A stretch of 64,000 nucleotides of DNA from Octopus bimaculoides. Its lineage: Eukaryota. The notes beneath the pieces were generated by a model that had not been told where the DNA came from, made no database searches, and saw only the letters and a list, made by a program, of their open reading frames with translations. Positions within the stretch are counted from its first letter, which is position 1, and the number at the start of each line of letters is the position of its first letter. The translations under genes were made by a program, and so were the position numbers. The stretch spans positions 44,276,250 to 44,340,249 of the forward strand of contig NC_068991.1 in assembly GCF_001194135.2 (NCBI RefSeq). The letters are read 5' to 3'. Positions 52,401-63,790 of this stretch are shown here, piece after piece.

Positions 52401-53571
52401 CCTTAAAGAAAAGAAGTGAAGTGATAGAAACAGAAAAGAAAGCGTCAGTCATTTTAAATGACAATTAGACTGAAATACAATCGATCTTATGTAGCTTCTT
52501 TATTTTCAACAATAAAGAAGAGGGGAAAGACATTTAGTAATGAATAGAGGAAAAGTCTTTCAGGTNNNNNNNNNNNNNNNNNNNNNNNNNNNNNNNNNNN
52601 NNNNNNNNNNNNNNNNNNNNNNNNNNNNNNNNNNNNNNNNNNNNNNNNNNNNNNNNNNNNNNNNNGTATTAACAGCACGATAAAGGTTCTTTGAATATGT
52701 ATGATGTATTTTAAGCTAAATAGTAATTCTGTTTTAAGTTTGTGTAACTAAGACATTTTGGTTGGATTATATAGATATCAGTTTTATACTTTTTTCTATA
52801 TTCTGTAAGTGTCACAATATAGAAACCTTTCTCATGGCACCAGCACACAATTTACAGATGCTTACATTTTTTATGTTTTCCGTGAAGTTTTCACAGGTCA
52901 TCTAGTTAATTATAATTATGAAAACAACAACAATAGTGAAAGTATTGACCATGATAAACTTCTAATCTGGGGCTGAATTCTATTACAGACATATTTTTTA
53001 CTTGCTGATGTTATAGGTATCAACCTGTTATAGATATTTTGTTAGCATTTAAAAATTTTCCTCAACTTTCTATTCTATATATTTCTTTTGATAGTTACAA
53101 CAATTTACTTAGATGCATTATCATAACTGCTTTTGCTAGATGTTAAGATATACTAAGATTGTGGAAAGCAATTCTTAATAAAAAAATAAAAAACCAAGTG
53201 TTTGTGTGGATATTTAATTTGTAAAACAAATTAAGCTAGCTTTATTTTTGAGTTAATATAATGATAGTCACAAATTATTTTAAAATCTAGAATATTTATC
53301 TTTGCTACTGAATAACAATCTAAATTAGTAATGGAGCTGAGGTGAACCAGACAAGGCTCGGGGTGCATGTTTAATAAAATTTGATGAACTTGTTAGATTT
53401 TTAAACATGTTCCATTTTTTTCTTTTCTTTTTTCATTTTTCTTTTTTTAAACAATTAAAAGGTTTGTAATTGTGTATAGAATGTATCTAGTTCAACATAT
53501 AGGGAAATACTAAGAGTAGTCTTTGGAATACATAATGTTAAATTTATTTTCTACAATTATTTCTGAATTAC

Positions 53572-53619
<48 letters not shown>

Positions 53620-53790
53620 TTCTGTTCGAATAGGATCAATATGTATGTGTATAAATGCATATGGAATATGTATGTATGTGTATGTATGTATTTAGACACA
53701 TGCACTTTTATATACATAAGCACAATATTTTTTTTATATACATTGTTCTATCATTAACGTAATGTTATTTTCTCTTTTTTTCCCCTCTAG

Positions 53791-53811
53791 CTAAATCTTT
53801 AAGGAATGAGG
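53791..53811 (+). CDS. Candidate 21-nt microexon: (A)KSLRNE+G
   Basis: Branch-like cattaac (53752-53758), tract ttattttctctttttttcccctctag, donor G|gtatta (moderate), TGCATG at 53862-53867. In frame and open. Confidence 0.4.
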
Positions 53812-54509
53812 GTATTATTACAATTCTTTATTGTTCCTTTCAATTGAAGGCACGGACTTGATGCATGAAGCTATTAGATGTACTGAAGTAAAGTCAGAGG
53901 TTCTTTACATCAATTAGAACCATTCCTTTTGTGCACCAAATAATTGAAAAAAAAAAAAAAGTTCTAACACAATGAGTAACTCTAAGGTCCATAAATTCAC
54001 TGAAATAATGTACGTTTTGATGTAATGGAACAGGAAAGATATTAGTGAATTAGATAATAAGTTGAAACAAATTATTGTATAATGGAAATCATTTTTACAT
54101 ACTTAGAAATACTAATTGAGAAATTAACATTTTTTTGTCCTCACTTTTTCTCTAGTTTTATATATAACGACAGCTATTCAAAACATTCATCATAACTAGA
54201 AACATTCACCCAATCTGTATTCACAAAATTTCTGTTTTGTTAATAGGTGGCTTATTCTTTTTGTTGGTGTGAGAACTCTTGGGTATCAAGATATAGATTG
54301 GTATAGAGCCCTATAAATAGCCAGGTTAAAGTGAGTGTGAGGAAATAATTGTTGCTGTGTGTATATTGAAAATCGTTTATATAAACTTACTGGATATTAT
54401 AAACTGTTTGAGATTAGTAGTTGATATGAAGCCTTCCATAATTATTATATTAAAATTACTCCATGTATGGGGATATCTTAACCAATGGCCCTGATCCTCT
54501 TTCTTTCTT

Positions 54510-54554
<45 letters not shown>

Positions 54555-55266
54555 CACAGAATCCTTCAACTTAACTGTATTTGCTTGTTTTGTTCTATGT
54601 TAGATTAGTTCTAAAGGTTATATTTTCAATTGTGTTGATTGGTGTATTTTGTCTTCTGGCCATAGATGCATTTGTAACTTTTTTTTGAAAGATAATCTTA
54701 TCATAAGCAATTTTTGTTCATTAACTGTTTAAAAATTTGTTGTCAGAATGCATGGTTGTCTTCTTATATTGTTTTCACTGGACAGTCTTGATTAGTTCTA
54801 TAACAAATATTTTTAAATGGACAAATAATACTTAGTTTGTTTTTAAATCAAGGGAAAATAATCTGTTTATTTAGCTCAAATGTGCAGTAGACCTATATTT
54901 TTGTTAATGTATTGCTATTTCCCTAGACACAAATAAATATTAAACATCTTATATGTATACTGCATTTCACTATGAATTTAAACGATTGGTCAAAATGGAA
55001 CAAATAATTAAGAGTGAATATACTTGATATATTTTTTCAAATCTGATTCACACATACACTCATTTGTGTATCACATAGTTTCATAGGCAATGCTTTTTTT
55101 TTTTCAATGGTAACCAATTTTCCTTTTGTTCCCAGTCCCTTCCCTACCCATCCTTCTCAGATCTAACAACTTACAAGGAGGGAACTTCCACGGATAAACT
55201 GCTAATGAATTAATTTATCTTTCAGATCAATAATTTTCTTTTGAAAACCTGTTTTTCTTTCTTTAG

Positions 55267-55317
55267 TGTCCTCAACAGAGACAGGTTCCAACATAAATGG
55301 CCTACATCGCTATCAAG
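55267..55317 (+). CDS. Candidate 51-nt cassette exon: (V)SSTETGSNINGLHRYQ+G
   Basis: Strong acceptor cctgtttttctttctttag and strong donor CAAG|gtgaga. Length is a multiple of 3 and it is open in the required phase-1 frame. No transcript evidence. Confidence 0.5.
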
Positions 55318-55447
55318 GTGAGAAGCTAAGGTTTTCATGCTCTTCTTGAGCACCTCGGAATATTGTGCCAATTTCCAATTCTAGGCTCTTAGATCTTGTT
55401 CTCATTATCAGGATCTGCTTATCTTGATTCAGTGCTATTGGTAGGAG

Positions 55448-55498
<51 letters not shown>

Positions 55499-56981
55499 AA
55501 GAAAGAAAGAACCAACCTGTTTTAACCTAGGTTTTAACTATCTTTCCCTTATGTTTGTCTATCTTTTTGCCTCCTCATTATTGCTGGTATTAGCAATGTA
55601 GTTCATGCTGTAAACTCTATTTCCATGGTAATACGTATGTTTCTTATTTTCATAAAATAATGTGGGCCATTTAAGCATTTTTAGAACATTAATTTATTCT
55701 GGAACTTTGAGAGTTTATTATTCTCTCTAGAAGTTTTAAAAACAAGTGCAAATATAAATTGATATATTTGAAAATGCATTCTCTTTAATGAAACCTTGTG
55801 TTAAGGCTGACTATATTTGTTTTAGAAATAAATTATTTCTAAATGGGATTTTGTCCTTAAATATGTTAAATGTCTGGTATCTTTTTTTTATAAGTTAACT
55901 GTATTTCGTTTTGTAATGTTTTATTGAAAATAACTATAAGATAAGTATAATTTACTTTGCAAATACTTGTAATTTTCCTGTTCATTTAATTTGTCTTATA
56001 TGGATTTTCAGCAATGTTATTTTTCTGTTGAGTGTCTGTGTAAATAAAAATAATGTAAACATAATTATTCTTAGATAAAAATTATATACTTAAGTAATAT
56101 CAATATCACTTCAATTGTATTTTACATTTGTAAAGTGAATGCTTTTTGTAAAACAACTTCAATTTTTCTATAAAATGTGAGTAGTTATGCATTTATTTAT
56201 TTATTAAAAAAAATTCCTTACATATCTTTTTCTGAATATATTGCTACTAAAGATTAGTGGTGTACTAAAAAACAAAAAAGTTTTTAAGTTGTTTTAAAAA
56301 AGTTAGAGAAGTGGAAGGGAATCTTGAAATATTCGTAACTAGTTTAGTGGTATGCTTAGGTACATGGAAACACAGTCTTTTTTCTGAACAAGTAGTTTTT
56401 GTTGATATAGTTTGAGAAATAAACAAAAACTGAAAGAAAGAAAAATGTTCTTAAGATTTATTGTTACTAAATTAGAGATTTAAAAATCTTGATGTTAAGA
56501 TTTGGTTTTAGTTGTGTGTGTCCCCCCTAACACTGATCATAACATTTTTGAAGTGATGTTAGATTTGTCACTGTTTTCTATATGGATTCAATTTCATTAT
56601 GCCAAATTTTGTTCTTTCATTAAAGAAGTGTAATTTGATAAATGTATTTAGTTGGCCTCTAATGCCATCATGTGTATATCTGCATTTTAATTCAGAATTT
56701 ACACAAATAACATGAATTGATAAATATAGAGGCATCCAGTTGTAAAAAAAACCTTAGGCAAAGAGTAATAGACAGAAAGGAATGTGTTTCTTGTTCTATT
56801 AGATAGGAGTAGCAGCTAGATTTCTTTCCAATTACAACTTAGCCATCCTTCAGAGAAAAAACAAAAAATTAAAAAAACTAAAAGAAGAACTGCATTGACT
56901 TATGTAGTCCTAGATCGCTACTTCTGAAAAAAAAAAAACCCTACTGTTGACCAATAAGTCTATTCTGTGTCTCCCTTGCAG

Positions 56982-56999
56982 CTAAACTAAAACAACAGG
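56982..56999 (+). CDS. Candidate 18-nt microexon with GC donor: (A)KLKQQ+G
   Basis: Sequence tattctgtgtctcccttgcag|CTAAACTAAAACAACAGG|gcaagc, with GCATG twice in the next 60 nt. Requires a non-canonical GC 5' splice site. Confidence 0.25.
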
Positions 57000-59900
57000 G
57001 CAAGCAGTTTGCTACTGTTACAAATGTAGCATGGATAGGATGGGAGAGCATGCATACACAATCAGAATGATAATAATAATAATTTTTTTTAACCACTGCA
57101 GCCAAATCCAGTCTGTGGGGTTGTTTTTTTTTTAGTTTTTGAAGAATTTTTTTTTTTTTGCTATTATTTGTGATGTACACATCAAATGGTGGATTTTTGT
57201 TTGTTAGACATTAATTGTTAGCTTCCTAATTCAACATCAAATTGTTAAAGTATAATCTACATAAATGTATCTGTAATAAGCTAACACTAAGTATGGTAGA
57301 TGATCATATGTTTATTTCATTTCTAGGTAAATAATAACAAAATCTTGGCAACGTAAAGGTTAGCATACTTGTCAAAATTGTAAGAGATATAAGCATTTGG
57401 TCCTGTCCATTCTTAAATTACAAATTTAGATTAATTTACTCTAGATGTATATATTTTTTAATGATCTGGTTAGAGAAGAAAGGCCAATACACTTAATAGT
57501 GTCTGTTTCATGTAGTTTTACTGAAACTTATTTTAAATATCTTTTTTTTTTTTTTAAATATTTAATGATATGTTAGGTATTTATTTTCATTTGCTCTGCC
57601 ACTTTGTTTTGAAAATTGTAGAACAGATGTATGGAATTACTAGTTATGAGTATAAAGAGAGATAGAAAGAAGAAATAAACGATAAAATAAATATTTCTTG
57701 GGGCAATCTTGTTACACAAAATTACTGAAATACAGTTAACTTCTTTGTGTGTGCTATGACTCAGTAAAGACTGATTATCTCAGTAGTCTAATTTCAATTG
57801 ATATTGGGTTGATTTTGATGCTCATTCCGTTAAGATTTATAAAATAAATACCAATAATTACTTGGTATCTATTCAGTTGATTAAGTCTTTGTTTTCACTT
57901 GAAGTTCAAGTGAAAATCTGATGGTGTTAAATCTGTTGAGGTAGAGCTTACCAGCCTAACAAATTTTTTACTTGGATTATCTTATTGAATGCACTCTTAT
58001 TCTTGGGGAACAGCTCATGAGGTGCTCATTTCTCTTCTCTATACACTTTCTTAAGCTGCCTGAGATGACCTTGTACAGTGAACAAAAGTTTATTTAGCCT
58101 TTAGGATGAGTCCCCAATATTTAGATACACATCCTTTTCAGTTGCTGTTTTCACTGAATCATTGAGAACAGCTGGCATTCTTGATTGATACCCATCCGAA
58201 GGATCAAAATTGACATCTTTGAATTTGTTAAACAACCCTTGACATTTTGAACACTCTCTCCATCAGAATACACAGTACATATGTTTTCCCTTGCAGATGT
58301 TGCATTGTTGCCCTTACAAAATTTGTAAAACCTGCAATACTAAATATGCAGTTCACTAAAGTCCTTGTGAGCTATATGATAGTGTGTATGTACACACAGT
58401 GCATATCCACATTAACTCCATGCTGATTGGTTGATTGCAGAGGTACCATTTCGGCCTGTAAACTATTTGTAGTATGATGTTAGACTCTTCGCTTGAAAAT
58501 GCTGCATTACTTTTCAGTACCATTAATAGTTTTAAAGGATTAAAAGTAATAGTGTTATAAAAGATATTTTTACCTCTGTGTTTAGTATACAAGTTTAGGT
58601 ATATTTTGTGTACACTATTCTTTCAAACTGATATGGAAATTCTATTATATAATTTTGTGAGTGCATGAATAACAAATTTGGATTGAGTGGGTCACACAGC
58701 TTAATGAGTGATGCTGTAAATCAATAAACTGCCAAATTTCCTATAAATGAAAAGTGCGAATGTTCTGTTATCTTCAGTTGGAAATAAATTTACATGTTGT
58801 TAACTCAAACTTTCTCATTTTCATTTCAAAATCAATAATGAATTCTGATAACATAAAATTATTGAAATTATTTCGGTGGGAGAATAATACTTCAAATTTT
58901 TCTTATGGTTTTGATTATATCTTTGAAGTATTTATTTTTGACTAGTTATTTATAGTTATCCAACATGCTAACCAGGTTATATATTTAACCCCTATAACTA
59001 TGAGTGCTAAGAACAACACCTAATAGAGTTATGAAGATTAAGGTAGACTTCGGTGTCTCTAACAAATAATGGTAGAAATAGTTTATAAAGTGATGACTGT
59101 TACATTCACAGATTTAATTTGGCAACAGTTCAGCTTTCAGTGACATGACTACTGCAAGCTCAGCTAAATGTTCAGTGCAGCACTTAAATGAAGTTAGCAT
59201 CTTAAGAAAAATAAATGTTCTGTTGCATATGAAGTTAAATTAATTAGTCTTTCAGTGATATTCACCTTATGTTGTTGTTTGATATAAGATTGGTTGATAT
59301 TGAATTCAACACTTGGCAACAATTTTAGTTAGCTTTTTTGCTGAGTAACACTTTCACTTAATATTGTCAGCATTTACTTTTGTCTATTATCACTTATGTT
59401 AGAAAGGAGAGCACTTGTAATGAACCAGAAACTTCTAAAATAAAAAATAGAAAATCTATTTGTACATATCCCTAACCCTTATTTGACTAACTTATTATCA
59501 CAGTATCTTTAAAAAATTTTAAGTTTTCACTATTTCTTTATAGTTAGTTTGTTGTTTTTAGTTTGTTTGCATATTTGTAAGAAATTACTTAGAATATGTC
59601 TTTCTAATGTTTGATTTAGTGATATTAATTAGTTCCTTATGCTTTTTTTTTTGTCTTCAGTTGGAAAATCCTTTTTTGCACTTAGTTTTGCTAGTTGGCT
59701 TAAATGATAAAGATTTATCTGATTATCTCTTTTATTCTTCTTAGCTCCAATTTTTGTATGATCAATATTTTGTACTTTTTCAAGTTCTGTTAACACTCAA
59801 CTTTACTTAAAACCCAACTCCCATTTTTAACCTGTCATTCATTTGCTTGTTTTACTGCAAGCAATGAAGAGTTCCTTAATTTGCTAAGCCAGTGTTTACT

Positions 59901-60098
59901 AAATCATATCTTTGAAATCTTAGACAACCATGTCTTAGTTTTGTTAAAAGTCACTGAAATTAATATGATTTAGCTTTCATTTATTTTCAGTCAGTGCAAA
60001 AAAAAAAATGTTAACTTCAGCAGTTTATCATTAATCCCTCATCTAATTTGGATAATATTAACTTAGAGATAGATCTCTTTTCTCCTGCTAACTATTAT

Positions 60099-60178
60099 AA
60101 TGTCCTTCACATGCCATGCATCTTCTACACACCAAAGAAATGTCCTTCACATGCCATGTATCTTCTACACACCAAGGA
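60099..60178. repeat. 40-nt tandem duplication, 2 copies with 2 mismatches
   Basis: aatgtccttcacatgccatg(c/t)atcttctacacaccaa(a/g)ga at 60099 and 60139. Confidence 0.95.
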
Positions 60179-60931
60179 AACATTTGTCATTTGGAGAAGA
60201 CTACATTAGCAGCATCTATCATTTTTTATTGAACATATTTGGCTTTTGTGAAGAAAACATAATTGCTATCATAAATCTTGAGTAAGAATTATATCTTCTC
60301 TGGGCAGTTGACAGAAATCTTTAATTCTTCAGTGAGAGCTTTATATGTCTGGAGGAAACATTAAGAGAAAATTTTGTGAATGTTTACTTGGACACTGGAT
60401 TCATTTATTACTTGATACTCAAATTTTTTTCTTTTTATAAACCTGTCTGTTTTTGTTAATCTATTCATTTGATATTACTGTTTATTGGAAGCTCTAGAAA
60501 TCTTGACCATCTTCTCTGGAACATTATTTTTAGTCAGTCATTACCTTTGTAATGATTATTGTGGGTGTCTCATTTCATTTTAGTTTTCAGTATGTTGGTT
60601 CTCACTTTTATCTATTCTTTCAACCTACTTCTGAAACACATTAATAAAGGATCAAGTAAGGGAGATAATAGTTTCTTGTGTATTAACGGGGTGGGGGTGG
60701 GGGATGATGATGCTGTCATGAGGTAGGCCCTGAAATGGCACACGTTCTCTCCTGATGACCCCATAAACTTGCTAGCATCCAGTATGCAAAGCTTTCAACT
60801 CATTGCACTTGCATCTGCAAGTTGTTTGCAAAAAATCTAAATATAATGATTATTGTATTATTAATTCATCTTGCCCCTGACTTACCACCAACAACCAGTC
60901 TTTTTATCACATACATGCTTTTCACTTGCAG

Positions 60932-60937
60932 ATACAG
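60932..60937 (+). CDS. Candidate 6-nt microexon ATACAG (adds D-T)
   Basis: Sequence catgcttttcacttgcag|ATACAG|gtatat. In frame, TGC in the tract, moderate donor. Confidence 0.3.
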
Positions 60938-63513
60938 GTATATAGTTTAACATAGAATTCACTCCCTTAGAACAGCTGTTCATACTTCTTCCTTCACAGT
61001 CTACTTGATTACTATCATTTTAAATGTATAGCACTGTAACATGCATACATTTATTATTTGCTTACATTTCCATTTTAATTTTTTTCTCCATGCTCTTTTA
61101 TTGCATTTTACTTGTTTAGTATTTTTCATTTTTACTTAATGAAGTAACCGAAAAACTTCATTCCTTATGAAATATTAAATGTTACACCCAGCTGCCACCA
61201 TCTCTGTGTCTTAGTGTGAATGAATGAAATTTTATTTGGCTCAACTTAGAAGAATAATGTGTGGAAAGTTTTGCACATTTGACAATTCTGGAATAGAATC
61301 AATTGGTTTACATACATTAGTGTGTGTGTGTGTGTGGGGGGGGGCACAGAGTATACAGATTTGCTGATATTTTATTATCATTAACTTCAGTTTAATAATT
61401 AATTACTTTCTGTGCAAATGTAAATTTGCTGTCTAAATAGAAGCTTCACATTAGCTATATAAAAACTTTGTTTATTTTAGATGATACTTCCACACACACA
61501 GAGCAAATAGCATGTACTATAGGAAACAGTTTTTGTTCTGTGTTACAGAAAATATCTATTTTNNNNNNNNNNNNNNNNNNNNNNNNNNNNNNNNNNNNNN
61601 NNNNNNNNNNNNNNNNNNNNNNNNNNNNNNNNNNNNNNNNNNNNNNNNNNNNNNNNNNNNNNNNNNNNNNNNNNNNNNNNNNNNNNNNNNNNNNNNNNNN
61701 NNNNNNNNNNNNNNNNNNNNNNNNNNNNNNNNNNNNNNNNNNNNNNNNNNNNNNNNNNNNNNNNNNNNNNNNNNNNNNNNNNNNNNNNNNNNNNNNNNNN
61801 NNNNNNNNNNNNNNNNNNNNNNNNNNNNNNNNNNNNNNNNNNNNNNNNNNNNNTATATATTCATCTCATTAACTGAATGGCCTTTGTCAAACTCATATCA
61901 AAACATTGAGAACTTTTTTTTAAATATGTAGTCATTTTAATAGCATAGTCACATACAATTGTGAAATGTGACAAGTGAATGGCATGTTCTTTTGGCACTA
62001 CACATGCTTTCTCTCATCACCACACTATCTCTGTACATGTGAGTGTGATGGCACATGTCATGTTAATAAAACTGTATGCGCATATTTTCATTGTGAAATT
62101 GGATGAGATAGTTTACTGCTCTTACTTTTCCCCCTCTCCTTCAGTTTATGAATCTTGTCATGATGTTTTTTTGTTTCCTTTAGTCTGATTTTGCATCTTT
62201 TATCAACCTAACTGCACTCGTTGATTTATTTCAGATCTACCTTCGATTCTTTCCATGTTGCTTTCCATAATCAATTTTAAATATTTGAATGATGTCTTTT
62301 AAGTATTGAGCACTTCTTATTCTTTTTGACCATTATTCATTTCAAAAATTGGTAATTAGAACCTAACTAAATACCTTGTATTTTATGCAGCACTCTGTCA
62401 TTGCTGCTATTGACAGCCCTCACTTTTGAATATTTGGGGTGGGGGGTAGAAACTAAAATATTAAACTGATTTTGTAATTGAATGCTCACTTCAAATGCTG
62501 ATGTTGAGTTTTTTATTATCATGAGAATGTTGTGCTAATTTTAGCTTATTATTTCAATATTTTAAAGTTTTCACTTCATTTTGTCCTATCAATTCTCAGT
62601 TAATAAAAGAAAAATGACTCAAGTTTCCCTTCTCACATACAGCGAAAACTCTGTTTATTGTGTGTGTGTGTGTGTGTGTGTGTGTGATGGACACTATAGT
62701 GTGACGGGAAGTGCTTAGCAAACTGATTGCAAGGTATCATTTTAAATCTGAAGCATTATATATATATATATATNNNNNNNNNNNNNNNNNNNNNNNNNNN
62801 NNNNNNNNNNNNNNNNNNNNNNNNNNNNNNNNNNNNNNNNNNNNNNNNNNNNNNNNNNNNNNNNNNNNNNNNNNNNNNNNNNNNNNNNNNNNNNNNNNNN
62901 NNNNNNNNNNNNNNNNNNNNNNNNNNNNNNNNNNNNNNNNNNNNNNNNNNNNNNNNNNNNNNNNNNNNNNNNNNNNNNNNNNNNNNNNNNNNNNNNNNNN
63001 NNNNNNNNNNNNNNNNNNNNNNNNNNNNNNNNNNNNNNNNNNNNNNNNNNNNNNNNNNNNNNNNNNNNNNNNNNNNNNNNNNNNNNNNNNNNNNNNNNNN
63101 NNNNNNNNNNNNNNNNNNNNNNNNNNNNNNNNNNNNNNNNNNNNNNNNNNNNNNNNNNNNNNNNNNNNNNNNNNNNNNNNNNNNNNNNNNNNNNNNNNNN
63201 NNNNNTACTTATAAAATCAATAACAAAATATTTTTTGTGTTTAAAGTAGTAAGAATATATTTTATAAGGTTTTTTTTAAAAATTTAACTTAAATTTGTTT
63301 TTACAAATTATCAAATATTTATATAGCTATGAAATTCTTACAGCCTCCCTGCTCTTTTTTTCTTCTCCATAGTAGACTGAAATTAAGAGTAAGGATGGTT
63401 AATAATTCTGAAGAAGTAAATTCTTATTATGAAATATTTGATTCATATTTTAAATTAAAAATATTTCAGTGATTTGAAAATGGAAAATGTAATATTATTT
63501 TAATTATTTTCAG

Positions 63514-63626
63514 ATATTATGGCTAGTATGGGTTATACCTTGAAAGATGTTGAAAACTCCTTGAGTCAACAGAAATATGATGATATCATGGCAACATATT
63601 TGCTTTTGGGACGAAGAACGTCTGAT
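63514..63626 (+). CDS. MARK: MARK/Par-1 UBA-domain exon (113 nt): (D)IMASMGYTLKDVENSLSQQKYDDIMATYLLLGRRTSD
   Basis: Acceptor taattattttcag, donor GAT|gtaagt. MGY and ATYLLLGR are MARK UBA motifs. Phase 1 start fits either exon A or exon B. Confidence 0.96.
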
Positions 63627-63790
63627 GTAAGTTGATCACTGTTAAACATCATTGCTGCCTGCATTCTGATCCAGTTATTTCCATTTCAGTATAAGTTTCA
63701 TGAGATTGCAGTATACCAGCTTTCCATGCTTTTTGGTCTTGTGCTATCTCAATTGTCAATCCTAAGTCTTCTATGATCAAATCTGCCTAC

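Noticed and set aside
55298-55317. ATG GCC TAC ATC GCT ATC AAG (MAYIAIK) as an alternative first exon resembling the kinase VAIK motif
   Set aside because: It ends in phase 0, incompatible with the phase-1 UBA exon, and lies downstream of the kinase exons. The resemblance is coincidental.
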